A DNA stretch of 64,000 bases from Octopus vulgaris (lineage: Eukaryota), in contig OX597836.1 in NCBI GenBank assembly GCA_951406725.2, forward strand, positions 16,492,001-16,556,000, in the 5' to 3' direction. The notes beneath the pieces were generated by a model, which was not told the origin of the DNA, searched no databases, and saw nothing but the letters and a program-made list of their open reading frames with translations. Below are positions 25,918 through 39,360 of the stretch, in pieces. The translations under genes and the position numbers were made by a program. The number at the start of each line of letters is the position of its first letter. Positions within the stretch are counted from its first letter, which is position 1.

Positions 25918-26926
25918 ATGAATGAATGAATGAAGAATAGACTGAAAAAAATGAATGTTCACAGCTGGAACGTCTTTGATCATAAGTTTGCATCGATCAG
26001 GTCTGACCTGGGGTTAAACGTTTTTCTTTCGTTTTTAAATGACAACAGCAAAAACTTAACAACAAAACAAAAAAATACACAACAATATAAAAAAACAACA
26101 ACATTATATCAAGGAATGCATTGTTTTCCGTAGAAACATGGACACGCAAGGGACAGCAGTCTGGCGCCTGTGCATCTAGGTTGATCCAATTAAAATACAA
26201 GACAGAATAGGTCTGGGTTTGTGTGCGATATCGTAACCAGAACAAAGCTTTTGTTCATTATTATAGTTACATCGTCTTCAAAGCAATTCAGAGTAGACAC
26301 AGAAAAATAAAAAAAAGCACTTCGCAAAGATGCAAATCTAAAAGAAGCGAAAACTTTGGCGATAAAAGTGAAATAAATTATACCATTTGAATGCGATTTG
26401 GGTGGGCAAACCTCATTTGTTTTGTTCTGGGTTGTTGGGGGTTTTTTTCTTTCCTGTTTTTTTTTTCTTTATGCTTCGTCCCCTCCTCACCTCTCCTCGT
26501 TCAAGTGTTTTATAAAAGTCACCCCATGAGGGCGCTGTGGCGGAGTGTTTGATCGAAGATCTTGCTTGCTTTATTTATGTACACATCGCCTCTTTCACAC
26601 AGTCATATCTGTGTGTGTGAGTGTGTGTATATATATATGTGTATGTGTGTATAAGTATATATGTATGTGTGTCTATGTAGGTACGTGCGTATATAAGTAT
26701 ATATGTGCGTGTGTATATTTTTGTATATATTTTTCTATAAAAACGAAAGTATTTATTGGATTAAGAACTCAATACATGAAGTAGAATAAAATGCTTAGTT
26801 TCTTTTAAGATTGTCAGTAACCTCGAAGTTTGAGCAAGTGACTCAATTCAAACTAACGTGTTTGTGTGTATCAATAACTGTTTCATGTATATGTGTGCGT
26901 TTGTATACATGTTTGTGAGTGTATGT

Positions 26927-26982
<56 letters not shown>

Positions 26983-27067
26983 AGAGTTTACGAAAAAAAC
27001 AAAAGACGATGACAGGTGGTGTACAAAACAAACAGATGTATTAGTATAACTTTCAGGAATAGAAAGT

Positions 27068-27103
27068 CTTTTACGTTTCGAGCCTACGCTCTTCTACAGA
27101 AAG
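27068..27103 (-). ncRNA. Minimal type I hammerhead motif (CTGTAGA core) in (TA)n-flanked repeat 26980-27165
   Basis: Minus strand cttt-CTGTAGA-a-gagc gtag gctc-GAAA-cg-TA-aaag. Confidence 0.7.
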
Positions 27104-27526
27104 GGACACAGAAAAAACAAGGAGAGAAAAAATGTGTGTAGTGGCTAACGATCTATCATGGTGACTATATATATATATATATAATATATTCATGTTTTTT
27201 TTATAATTGCTTGTATTCTTATTTTATATGCATAGAATAATATACTATATGTATGTATGTTGTTATGGTTGTCGTTTGATAAATAAATAAGTTAACATTT
27301 TAATGTCCTAAAGTTGATGAACCAACTAAAGTGCTTCTCCATTTTCTTATTTGCAATATAAATTAATGGTAAAATATCTCTTTACCTTCACCCATTTAAT
27401 ACAATAGGTAAGTTAATTGCAATGCAATAAAAAACACTTATGTATTAATAATTGGGTATTCTACCAACAGTATATTGGATAGATATTATCCCTTGGTGGG
27501 TTGGACCCACAACCTCTAACTTTCTT

Positions 27527-27740
27527 GAGCTGGCAGAATCGTTAGCAAGCTGAACGAAATGCTTAACGGTATCTCACCCGTCGTTACGTTCTGAGTTCAA
27601 ATTCCGCCGAGGTCGGCTTTGCCTTTCATCCTTTCAGGGGTCGATAAATTAACTATCAGTTGTGCATTGGGGTTGATCTAATCGACTGGGCCCTCTCCCC
27701 CATAAATTTCAGGCCTTGTGCCTATAGTAGAAACGATTAT
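27527..27740 (+). mobile_element. SINE family B (Meta-like)
   Basis: gagctggcagaatcgttagc head with the gcctttcatcctttc core. Confidence 0.85.
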
Positions 27741-27757
27741 TATTACTATTGATGATA

Positions 27758-27792
<35 letters not shown>

Positions 27793-27793
<1 letters not shown>

Positions 27794-28262
27794 GTATAAA
27801 AGATGGACTACAGCAAATATTCTGCTCAATACCACAGATTTGCTTGTCAGTTGTTTGACCTTAACCAGTTGAGCATGTCCCTTAGTGGCTGACGATATGT
27901 GCATCTCTGATCACGAGCAGAAGTAGTGGGGGAGCATCATAGCCATGTGTTGAGAGGGATTCTTTGGGGTTTGAATAATTTACCTCTGGAAACATTGGTG
28001 TTTCGTTCAACATCCTTAAACAATCCTTATTCAGGGACCTTTTGAGCAGGATGGGCTACTCGACCTGAAGAAAATTCTAACTGGGCCCCACCTGCAAGGT
28101 CATGAGCTGTTTATCTTGATATGAGATCACCATGTCGCGCACATATGGTTGTGATGCATGTGCCTGGTGTACCCTTATCAGACGGGTAGTCATGATGGGT
28201 ATACTGGGCTTCGTATATTTTACCCCAGTGTCACTTTGATAGCATGCACTGCTCTCTCACTC
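27793..28262. mobile_element. Interspersed repeat embedded in (TAA)n tracts
   Basis: Bounded by (TAA)n on both sides; 27998-28040 matches positions 1-45 in reverse complement. Class uncertain. Confidence 0.6.
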
Positions 28263-28295
<33 letters not shown>

Positions 28296-28412
28296 CTTTT
28301 CTACTGGAAGCACAATGCCTGATTTGGGGTGGGGTTGTAAGTCGATTACATTGACCCCAGTGCCCAAGTGGCACTTATTTCATCGACTCCGAAAGGAAAA
28401 AGGCGAAGTCGA

Positions 28413-28762
28413 AATGAACAACGCATATTCATTACGGCAGCATTTTCTATGAACGCAACTCTTCCGTAACTCGAAGGCTGCCTAATAATAATGAACAACG
28501 TGTATGCATTAAATGTCACCGTAATGGCAAGATTTCTATGAACGCAACTCTTCCGTAACTCGAAGGCTGTCTAATAATAATGAACAACGTGTATGCATTA
28601 AATGCCGCCGTAGGGGCAAGATTTCTATGAAAGCAACTCTTTCGTACGTCGGGGGCGGGACGCTCTGAAGAATTAACAGCGCCCGTGTAAGACAATTTAT
28701 TAACGCAACTGTTCCGTAACGCAGGTGGGGCTTGTAATAACTATAAACAGTGCGTGTGCATT
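28413..28762. repeat. 89-bp tandem repeat, ~3-4 units
   Basis: tttctatgaa(c/a)gcaactctt(c/t)cgta at 28444, 28533 and 28622; degenerate unit near 28696. Confidence 0.9.
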
Positions 28763-29339
28763 ATAGATGATGATTTCGCCGCCTGCACCCCTTTAAATGA
28801 CTCTGCCGGAATTCACACGCACATCGCCACTTCGAGCTGTCGACATCGCAACGTCGCCAGTAGTCGTAGCAGTGACTAGTCTCGGTATTTGCTACATTAG
28901 CGACATCAGTTCTCGATGGTTTTTCAAGAACGTTTTCGAAAGAAGGAAATTTGCGAACAAGAAAGGGAAAGGAGGGGGGTATAAGTTGGGTTTTTTTCAG
29001 CATGCTAGAAATAGCAACCAAGTAGGCCTCAAAAAACAAGGAGCACCAGAGGCGTGGTTAAGAAGCTCACTTTACAATTTAATCATGTAGTTTCAGTCCC
29101 ACTGTGCGGCACACATCTTTGTTGGCCCCCAGGCTTTGTGAGTGGGTTTAGTAGACAGAAATTGTGTAGCAGCGTGGTAAGTAGTTTGCTTACCAACCAC
29201 ATGGTTCCAAGTTCATTCCCACTGCATGGCACCTTGGGCAAATGTCTTCTACAATAGCCTCGGGCCGACCAAAGCCTTGTGAGTGGATATGGTAGACGGA
29301 AACTGAATGAAACAATGACTGAAACAAGAGTAAAGAGTA

Positions 29340-30350
29340 ATCAAATAAAACTATCCATTATTAATTTCAGTGTATGGAAAAATAATCACAATTGACACGT
29401 TATGTGTACTTCATAGGTTTACATATTTTATGTCATATTCGGCATATTTTGCTTTAAGAGGCAACAACGCAACGGAAAGTGCAAGGAATATTAATGCAGT
29501 ATATGGAGATCGGATAATAAGCGTAAGCCACTGTCAACGGTGGCTCCAGAAATTCTGAGCCGGAAACTACAGCCTAGAAGATGAGCCCCGTCCAGGAAGA
29601 TCTGTAGAGCTCGACGAGGACGTCCTGCAAACCTTAGTGGAATAAAATCCCATCATAACTGTTGTGGAACTAACAGAGAAGCTTGGATTTGGTCATTCAA
29701 CCATTTATCGGCACCTGCGTGCAATTGGAAAAGTCAGCAAATTGGATCAACTGATTCTTCACAAACTTTCCGAGTCTAATAAAACGCAGAGTGAATGTAT
29801 GCTCTTCTTTGCTGTCACATTTCACGAATGAACCCTTTTTGGGCAGAATAGTGACTGGTGATGTGAAATGGGTTCTCTATAAAAAATATCAAGCCCCGAA
29901 GACAGTGGGTAGGGAAAGGAGAAACATCGGCACCCCAGGCTTAAAGAAGGTCTTCACCCACATGAGGAGATGTTGCTATCTGTTTGGTGGGATATGAAAG
30001 GTTTAGTCCACTTTGAACTTTTAAACCCGAACCAAACGATAGCAAAGATCTACTGTGAGCAGTTTCAGCAGCTTAAATCAGCGCTAGAAGGAAAACGACC
30101 ATCTTTAGTTTCAAGACGAAAGGTGTTCTTCCATCAGGATTAAAGCTCGGCCGCTTACAGCGAGGATAACATTTCTAAGGCTGAAACAGTTTGAATGGGA
30201 AACGATACCCCACCCACCATATTCGCTGGACGCCACATCTGATTGTCATTTATATCGCATTCTACAAAATCATTTGGACAGAAAAACTATGAATTCTGTA
30301 GACGAGGTCCGAACAGTACTGGAGGAGTATTTTTCGTCGCGGACAACTGA
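29340..30350 (+). mobile_element. Decayed mariner (DD34D-type) transposase
   Basis: SLEDEPRPGRS, RIVTGDVKW, SVWWD, FFHQD*ARP and PHPPYS motifs, with stops and frameshifts. Confidence 0.92.
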
Positions 30351-30511
30351 ATTAAGGGTATGCGTGTCTGTCGAGTGCTCAACCACTTGCATGTTAATTT
30401 CACGAGCAGGCTGTTCCGTTGATCGGATCGACTGGAACCCTCGTCGTAGTAGCCAACGGAATGCCAGTTATATCTGTGTGTGTGTGTGTGTATGTATGTA
30501 CGTATGTATGT

Positions 30512-30562
<51 letters not shown>

Positions 30563-30566
30563 TATA

Positions 30567-31030
30567 CAGGGTGTCTCAAAAGTCACTGATGGGTTTCAAT
30601 TTTTAATAACTTCCTTAACTTTACAAATAAATGCATGAAATTTTGATACAATATGAAGGACATACTGGAAATTAATATGCACAGGTCAAATTTTGCAACT
30701 TCACTACATCACATATGAAAAATGACATCGCTTAAATGGCAGCCACTTTCAGCTTCACACACCTTTGCTCTTTACAAAACTTGCACCATAACACCCTCAA
30801 GAGTTTCAGACCCCACTTTTCTGATTTCTCTATTGCTGTTCACCTTCAGTTGCATCAGTGTCTCCGGTTTGTTGACGTAAACCCTCTCTTTCCGTGCTAG
30901 TCAAGTCTGGGGAACGTGAAGGCCAGCTGACATTGCCGTAGCGGGAGATTATTCTCTCTCCAAAGCGCTGCCGTAGCAATTGCATTGTTTCCCTTGCAGT
31001 ATGAGCAGTTGCCCCATCTTTCTGGAACTG
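30567..31030 (-). mobile_element. Tc1/mariner-superfamily (maT/rosa-like) transposon 3' end
   Basis: FQKDGATAHTARETM...WPSRSPDLT; terminus TA-CAGGGTGT. Confidence 0.8.
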
Positions 31031-31212
31031 TGTGTGAGGTCTACTTTGAAGGGCCGTCGTTAATCTTACACTGTTTGGTGACCACAGTTGGGGGCAGTAA
31101 TCCAGACGGCTATGAACGAAAGTCCTCCAGAGGACCATCATGGTTTCCTTTTCTGTTGTTTTAGTAAGTTAGAAGGATCCACTCGGCCAGACATCTGCAT
31201 TTTACAACCAGC
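31031..31212 (-). mobile_element. LINE (CR1/L2/Jockey-group) ORF2 fragment
   Basis: LWRTFVHSRLDYCPQLWSP motif typical of the post-RT region. Confidence 0.7.
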
Positions 31213-31495
31213 TTAGTAGTGTGCACCACCTGTATATACATGCAGAAAGTATTCGTATATACATATATGTGTGTCTATATATATATAAAGAGATGCAGCA
31301 CGGATTTTTGTCAGTGAACAGGTCGCGGTCTTAAAGCGACGAAAATATTTTGACAAATTAGATTTAAATGTTGAAGTGAATCGCACGGCTTTTGTGTGTT
31401 TCTTAAATGGCTTACAAACACCTTCCACGCTGCAATTGTTTTCGTTTCAGCGCACGATCTCAGATCGAATCACTTGCTATGCAAGTACATCTCCG

Positions 31496-31542
<47 letters not shown>

Positions 31543-31590
31543 GTGAATTGAAGAAATGAAGCTGAACGCAGATTGAACAGAAATCGTTTT

Positions 31591-31681
31591 ATTTCATTCT
31601 ACACGTGTTTCGAAAGGCACAATTTACCAAAATCCGATTGAATAATGGGACCATATCGTGTCTTTCTCTTCAGGAAGAAAT
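31591..31681 (-). ncRNA. Type I hammerhead ribozyme (left arm)
   Basis: Reverse complement of 31796-31886. Confidence 0.88.
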
Positions 31682-31795
31682 AGGAAATCCGTTGGAAAAA
31701 ACAAAAACAGAACAGAGGCGGAGCAAAACAAATCGGAAATCCGTTGGATTTTGCTCCGCCTCTGTTCTGTTTTTGTTTTTTCCAACGGATTTCCT

Positions 31796-31886
31796 ATTTC
31801 TTCCTGAAGAGAAAGACACGATATGGTCCCATTATTCAATCGGATTTTTGTAAATTGTGCCTTTCGAAACACGTGTAGAATGAAAT
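31796..31886 (+). ncRNA. Type I hammerhead ribozyme (right arm)
   Basis: atttcttc-CTGAAGA-gaaag...ctttc-GAAA-cacgtg-TA-gaatgaaat; canonical core, palindromic stem III ACACGTGT. Confidence 0.88.
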
Positions 31887-32085
31887 AAAACGATTTCTGT
31901 TCAATCTGCGTTCAGCTCCATTTCTTCAATTCACCAATAATATTTTAATTTCAATTATCCGCACCAACGCACGGTTGCAACACCATATGGTTGTACCTCC
32001 AACCGTGCTGTTTACTGCTGTGATTTTTGCTACCAAGGTATCGGTTAAACTTTTGATTAATCTACTACAAGATTATTCATCTTTC

Positions 32086-32123
<38 letters not shown>

Positions 32124-32351
32124 AGAGGGGGAGTGTTCCTTGTGTTGTATGTCATGTGCTGTTTTTTCGTTGTTAAAAAAAAGGCCGTTTCCTTTTTTTT
32201 TTTTCATGTTTTCGTTTCTCGTTGTGTTCTACGTTTATTTGTGGTGTCCTGTACTCATATATGCATGTATATATACATTGAGTTTATAGATGTAGGTATG
32301 TACATATATGTATGTATGTATGCATATGTTTTATTTATTAAGTTGTATATA

Positions 32352-32387
<36 letters not shown>

Positions 32388-33039
32388 TGTATATATGTGT
32401 GTGTGTGTGTGTACGTAAGTATATATACGTGTGTCTACGCGTGTACATGAATGTTTGCGTAGATATATATCTTTGTATACATGTATGTGCGCAAGCATAT
32501 ATATATATATACACACACGCACACGTATGTATGTATGTATGTATGTATGTATGTATGATGTATGTATGTATGTATGTATGTATCTATGTATGTATGTATG
32601 TATGTATGTAAACAAAATGAACGAAGAGGAGTAATCCTGAGTGGACAGTGGCATGTATTATTTGAGCAACATAGACAAATATCAGTATATTGACGACCAT
32701 ACAGCATAAATTCTTGGTTTTTTTTTTTAAATTATCTCCCCCTCCACGGGATAAGTCATAATTACGAAAGTGCAATTGTGATCGGCTGGACTTGAAAAGG
32801 GGAGATAATCACAAGTCAAGAAATATACGTACCACTACGTGTGCACACACACACACACACACACACAGTGGAAAGCGCGTGGCTTAGTGGTTAAGATATT
32901 CGGCTCAGGATCGTAAGGTCATGAGTTCAATTCCCGGCGACGCGTTGTATTCTTGAGCAAGATACCTTATTTCGTGTTTGCTCCAGTTCCCTCAGCTGGC
33001 AAAAATAAGTTGTTCCTGTATTTCAAAGGGCCGGACTTC

Positions 33040-33298
33040 GATAAAGGCAACAACGCAACGGAAAATGCGAGGAATATCAATGCGGTATTACTCTTTACTC
33101 TTCTACTTGTTTCAGTCATTTGACTGCGGCCATGCTGGAGCACCGCCTTTAGTCGAGCAAATCGACCCCGGAACTTATTCTTTGTAAGCCTAGTACTTAT
33201 TCTATCGGTCTCTTTTGCCGAACCGCTAAGTGACGGGGACGTAAACACACCAGCATCGGTTGTCAAGCAATGCTAGGGGGACAAACACAGACACACAA

Positions 33299-33338
<40 letters not shown>

Positions 33339-33815
33339 ATATACATAGTTTCCGTCTACCAAATCCACTCACAAGGCATTGGTCGGCCCGGGGCTATAGC
33401 AGAAGACACTTGCCCAAGGTGCCACGCAGTGGGACTGAACCCGGAACCATGTGGTTGGTAAACAAGCTACTTACCACACAGCCACTCCTGGAGAGTGGTG
33501 TATGGAGATTGGACAATAAGCGTAAGTCACCAGAAATTCCGAGCCGGAAACTACAGCCTAGAAGACGAGTCTCGTCCTGGAAGATCTGTAGAGCTCGACA
33601 AGGACATCCTGTTAATCCTGGTGGAACAAAATCCCATTATAACTGTCGAGGAACTAGCAGAGAAGCTTGGATTTGGCCATTCAACCATTCATCGACATCT
33701 GTGCTAGAAGAAAGAAAAAGGCCATTTTTGGTTTCAAGATGAAAGGTGTTCTTCAATCAGGATAATGCTCAGCCACATACAGCGAGGATGATATTCCAAA
33801 GGCTTGGAGCAGTTT
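33040..33815 (+). mobile_element. Internally deleted mariner copy split by a SINE
   Basis: Homologous to 29455-29720 and 30090-30190; peptide SLEDESRPGRS...ELAEKLGFGHSTIHRHL. Confidence 0.85.
33089..33490 (-). mobile_element. SINE family A, full length, inserted in mariner
   Basis: Reverse complement of 14188-14597. Confidence 0.92.
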
Positions 33816-33836
33816 CTAATTTGATTAGCTTTGTAA

Positions 33837-34227
33837 TCTTTATATATAAAAGAAAGGTTGTGTGTCTGTCTCCTACGATTTAGATTCCTAACTACTCCCA
33901 CATTTTGCGATGCAGTTTAACCAAAACCGGGTATCTTATAGTCGTGATTCATATCGAACCCTTCTGGGTATTAGCGCGTGTCTACGATGAGTCTACGATT
34001 TTAAAAATAATTTACCATCATTTTTTTCCATTTTAATGCATATTTTTTTAATAAAGGGAAGTAACTCTCTAAAAATGTCTACGATGAGTCAACGATTTAA
34101 AAAAATTTACCATAATATTTTTTCCATTTTTAATGCATTTTTTGCTATTTTTTGGCTATAACTATCTAAAAATGCTTATATAGTTATTTCCCTTACAAAC
34201 CCGAGCAACGCCAGGCGATACTGCTAG
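33837..34227 (+). mobile_element. Non-autonomous Helitron
   Basis: A|TCT 5' end followed by TATATATAAAA; GC-rich imperfect hairpin cccgagcaacgccaggcg, then CTAG|T 3' end; internal tandem duplication. Confidence 0.8.
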
Positions 34228-35685
34228 TTAAATATAAAAAATTGTTTTTGAAATGTGCAATTAAATGAATTTTAATCTTGGTGCGTGACTTTTAGCCCAC
34301 CTTGAACGTGTGCGTGTGTGTGTGTGTGCATGCAATTATGTTTATCTGTCACACACATATGCAAATGAACAAATGCAAATTTCATAATTTATGTTAATTT
34401 ATTTAACCGTTTAAAAAGTTAGTAAACAAATATCTGGGTTATAACAATATTTAGGGAAAAATTGTGAAGTCCGTTGCAAATATGTTACACTTTATAGATA
34501 GACGGAGTTTTACAAACCAAGCATTTCATACTTATACATACACACACGCACACACATGCATTTATATATGTGTGTGTGTGTGTGTGTTAGATACACACAC
34601 ATATTTATATATGTACCCAAATACACACATATATATAAACACATATATACGAGTGTGCATATATATGTGTGTGTGTGTGTATCAGCATGTATGCGCTATA
34701 TATACACATATAGTTATACATGTACATATAAATACACACATTTTATATATATATATATCCCAAATCCGTTCACAAGGCTTTGGTCAGCCCAAGGATATAG
34801 TAGAAGACTCTTGCCCAAGGTGCAACGCAGTGGGACTGAACCCAGAACCATGTTGTTAGGAAGCAAGCTTCTTACCACACAGCCACGCCAGCACCAACAT
34901 ATATTTCATCATTGAGTTTATTTTATTTTATTTTTGGATTATTTTGCCATTATTTTTTTTTTTTAAAGATTTCAAGCAAATATTTTCTTCTCTCTTTTGG
35001 ATGGAAGGTCAGAGGTAAATGAATGCTATTATTCCCACATATCACAACAATCAGATAATCTTGTGTCACATTTCTTTTAAACTTCTCTAACAGACACTTC
35101 CATCTCATTCTCCTTTTTTTTTTTATTCTTTTTTTTTTTTTTTCAGTTTATATCATAACCATTAACAACTATTATTCATGCTTTCAGAATCACTTCAAAA
35201 ATTTCCTTCAATACATCAAAAGAAATTAAATATATCTTGAAAAACATGCATACAACAAATGTAAAAGTTAACAAATTTTGTACAAGAATGCTCTAAATTT
35301 TGTTCACAGAGCCAGCATTGTTATTTTCTCGAACATGCCCATGTCCATTTTCACAGGTAATCTGTCGAGATCTTTACATAAATGGTTGTGTACCTTTCCA
35401 GTTGTACTAAATACAAATGACAGACGTATATCTTAACATGAATACCATTAATTTCACAGATGAGTTACTTGGAAGAATTCTTTCACCATTCAGCTTGTTT
35501 CTATGCAATGTTACAATCACTTGGTGCAGCAATGTCAATTTCTAAATTACGCATTTTGGTTTCATGGAAAATTATGTCAGCCATATAATATATACTATCT
35601 GGTCATCTCTTGGTAAACTTATAGTTTATGGTAGATTTATATAATAAACTATCATTAAGGCCACAAGCTGGTGGAATCATTAGAC

Positions 35686-35904
35686 CAGTGCTTTTCAAAC
35701 TTTTGGCTGGAGCGGAACCCCAAGGAAACATTCTACTGGGTCAAGGAACCCCTGTGCAATAATTTAATAGTCTTATGCACACATATCTGCACAGGAGAAG
35801 TAAAAATTACTGCCGATTTTAGCAGTTTTGTAACTTCTTGCGGAACCCCTGGACTGTATTGGCGGAACCCCAAGGTTCCGCGGAACCATGGTTGAAAACC
35901 ACTG
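35686..35904. mobile_element. hAT (Charlie-like) MITE
   Basis: Termini CAGTGcttttcaa / ttgaaaacCACTG with exact 8-bp TSD CATTAGAC; inserted in a decayed family B SINE. Confidence 0.92.
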
Positions 35905-36564
35905 CATTAGACTATCAGAAAAAGTGCCTAACAGTATCTTCCAAATCTTTACATTGTGGGTTCAAATCCCATCAACATCAACTTTCATCCCACTGGGGTT
36001 GTTTAAATCAAGTATCACTCAAGTACTAAAGTTAATTTATTATCTAACGGCCCTTGCCCTCAAAATTAATTGCTTAAACCTTTAACATTTAAAAACAATC
36101 TGATCAAAATTGTCTGCCTGTTTTATGGTCAAACTACTAGCCAGATCCAGTCTCTCATACCTAACCTACAATGTCATCCTAAAAAAAATAAACAATCACA
36201 TCATTGAAAGTATTTAAAACTGACCGCATCTGGACAAAATATTCCGCATCATTTATGTTCAAACTGAAACTGGCCAGATCCAACCTCTCATACCTGGCCA
36301 ACAATATCACCCTCAAAAAATAAAATAATCACGTCATTGATATCTCAAAGTCATAAGATAATGCATGATTAATTCAAAACAATGTGAATAAATAATACAT
36401 CTGACAGCAACCCAAATGCTGAAGGGCTGAACTTAATTAGGAGAATTAATTAGGAGCATCATTATCATGATTATTATTATCCTCGTTCAATTTTTCTATG
36501 TAAATCTCTACACATTATCTTTGTAACTGTTCTTCCTCTCATCTGCGACATTGACAGTAAACAA

Positions 36565-36605
<41 letters not shown>

Positions 36606-37596
36606 GTAGTTAAAGGAGAAGAAGAAAAAACAGCAGGAGATAAAATTGAAAATTAAGAGAGACAGATAGTGAATTCGGAGACAACATTAAGAGGAAGGAA
36701 GGAAGAGAAAAGGAAAAAAAAGGTAGATGAGGCAGCAAAGAGTTGAAAAACAGAAGAGGATTAGAAATATTTGAAAGAACGTTTCTTGAACTGAGTCAAC
36801 AATTACAAGTGGAAATTTTACTAAAGAATAGTTGTGGGCAAAAATGCGGCCCTTGGGCCATGAGACTTTCTGAATGGTGTGCCTAATGAAAAATTATCTT
36901 GAATTATTTTTGTAGTGTGACCTATTTGATGGTGAGCCATGTCTCATGTAGCCCACATCTCGAAAAAGGTTTTCCATGTCTGCTATAGAACACATATATA
37001 TATATATATATATATGTGGGTATATGTGTATGTATAAATATGTGTATATTTATATATAGATATATAGATATATACACACATACATATATACACATTTGTA
37101 TATGCATGTAATATACCAAGTATATTTTTATGTATGTGTGTATGTGTGTATGTGTGTATGTGTGTGTGTGTGTATGAGCTAGACATGTGGATATGTATGG
37201 GGGTAGGTGTATATATGTATGTGTGTATGCAATGCAGATATGGTTAGGCAGAACTGGATGTCATCGATGGTGGAGGTGGATGGTGGTAGGCGATGGCAGC
37301 GGTGACAACGGCAACAGTAGAGGTGTTGGCGGCGGTCATAGCATCAGCATCAGAGGCAGCAATAGTGGTGGTGGTGGGAAACTGCAGTGGGGGTAGGGGT
37401 GATAGCGGTGGGGGTGAGATAAATAGGAAAGTGAAAGTAGAGACGAGGTGGGGGGAAAGAGGCGTTTGTCTGGGGGGGGGGGGGTTTCCTGTCTTGATGA
37501 ACACTAAACAATAACAAATGACAGCACTTGCACCAGCATGGCCACAGTCTACTGAACTGAAAGTCGATATGTAAAAGGCTTCAAACAAAAAGAAGT

Positions 37597-37674
<78 letters not shown>

Positions 37675-37694
37675 TACAGACACAGACACACACA

Positions 37695-37733
<39 letters not shown>

Positions 37734-37887
37734 GCACAGACACGCACACATAAAACAAGGTGGAGTTTCATATGTTTATTTTACGGCATCACCATCATCT
37801 CATTGTCACTGACATCGTTTTTCACCTCCACTATCATCGTCGTCATCATCATCATCACCATCATCATCGTCGTCATCAGGAAACTTG

Positions 37888-37944
37888 TTAGTTTCCGGCT
37901 TGTTTTGCAGCGGAATTCTTCAGTCTGGCAAGGACCCAAACTGG
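37888..37944 (-). CDS. Candidate terminal exon
   Basis: Strong acceptor ccttaatttctttctgttttcttctcttttacag; phase 0 reads PVWVLARLKNSAAKQAGN*; frame uncertain. Confidence 0.35.
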   Translation of the reverse strand, partial: PVWVLARLKNSAAKQAGN

Positions 37945-38069
37945 CTGTAAAAGAGAAGAAAACAGAAAGAAATTAAGGAAAGAAATCAGAATTAGGGGAA
38001 AAAGGGAGCAATCCAAAAAAAGTGTGTGTGTGTGATAATGTAAATGTACAATGGATACAGGTATGGCTG

Positions 38070-38420
38070 TCATCATCATCATCGTTTAATGTCCGTTCTC
38101 CGTGCTAGCATGGGTTGGACGGTTCGACCGGGGATCTGGGAAGCCAGAAGGCTGCACCAGGCTCCAGTCTTATCTGGCAATGTTTCTACAGCTGGATGCC
38201 CTTCCTAACGCCAACCACTCCGTGAGTGTAGTGGGTGCTTTTTACGTGCCACCTGCACAGGTGCCAGGCGAGGCTGGCAACGGCCACGGTCAGATTGGTG
38301 CAATTTACGTGCCACCGGCACGGAAGCCAGTCGAGGCGGCGCTGGCATCGGCCACGAGTCGGATAGTGCTTTTTACGTACCACCAGTCCAGGGGTCCTGG
38401 CATCTGCCGGGTGCCAGTCA
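38070..38420 (-). mobile_element. RTE-tail-type repeat family D ending in (GAT)n
   Basis: ggttggcgttaggaagggcatccagctgtagaaac motif; other copies at 39607-39825, 48335-48480, 49905-50148, 54600-54900 and 55795-55940. Confidence 0.8.
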
Positions 38421-39360
38421 TAGGATTGGTTCAATTTCGATTTCGATTTGTGGAGTTGTGTGGTCGAGAATTTTGTTTTCCAACCCCATGGCTTCATGTT
38501 CAGTCCCACAGTGCGGCACCTTGGGCAAATGTCCTCTACTTACTATAGCCCAAGGCCAACCAGGTCTTGTGAGTGGATTTGGTAGACGGAAACTGGAAGA
38601 AGCCTGTCGTGTGTATGTGTGTCAGCATGTATTTTCAATTCTTTTACTTGTTTCAATCATTAGACAGTGGCTATGCTGAGGCAACACCTTGAAGAATTTT
38701 TAGTCAAAGGTACTTTTTTTTTAAAACCTAGTGTGTTTATTTTATTAGTCTCTCTTGCTGAGCCGTTAAGTCGTAGGGACATAAACAAACTAACACCAGT
38801 TGTCGAACAGTGGTGGGGGTACATATATATACAAGGGGCTTCTTTAAGGTTCTGTCAACCAAATCCACTTACAAAACTTTGGTTGGCCTGAGATTATAGA
38901 AGACACATGCCCAAGTTGTCATGCGGTAGGACTGAACCCAGGACCATGAGGTCAGGAAGGAAACTTCTAGCTGAAATAGGGATCATAAAAGACTAACTAA
39001 AGATCATAAAAACTGAACTTAGTCTCCAAAGATTAAACAAGATTAAACAGGCTTGGCATGGCTATGTGGTTAGAAGCTTGCTTCCCAACCACATGGTTCC
39101 ATGTTCAGTCAGCTCTAATCATTAAGCACAGGCTCTAAGAATAACTATAGGCCCAAATGGTTATAGGTTCTAGAACTAATTATAGGCTTTATTTCAGAGG
39201 TAAATAAAGTTATAGGCTCAAAAACTAACTATAGGCCCAAAGTTGGAGGTAAATAGAGTTATAGGCACTAAAAGTAATTATAGGCCCTGGGCTTGAAGTA
39301 AACAGTTATAAGCTCTAAAATGAAGTATAGACTCAAAGTTGGAGGCTCTAATAGTGCAGC

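Larger units (their letters stand above)
31534..31943. repeat. ~195-bp inverted repeat with 20-bp spacer (inverted Penelope-LTR-like arrangement)
   Basis: Arms 31534-31728 and 31749-31943, two mismatches seen; element extends to ~32090 and is bounded by (TA)n. Confidence 0.95.

Noticed and set aside
26790-26825. Hammerhead-like CTGACAA...GAAAC on the minus strand
   Set aside because: Core mutated and no stem I; too degenerate to call.
28413-28762. CRISPR-like array
   Set aside because: Whole units repeat with no unique spacers, in a eukaryotic context with no cas genes.
30830-31141. 103-aa ORF
   Set aside because: Accidental fusion of a LINE fragment and a transposase fragment.
31605-31872. 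Mirror-image 82-aa ORFs on both strands
   Set aside because: Consequence of the palindrome; the ribozyme structure explains the sequence.
37890-37942. LDL-receptor class A-like peptide GPCQTEEFRCKTSRK
   Set aside because: The remaining cysteines and acidic motif are absent and the frame runs into (GAT)n.
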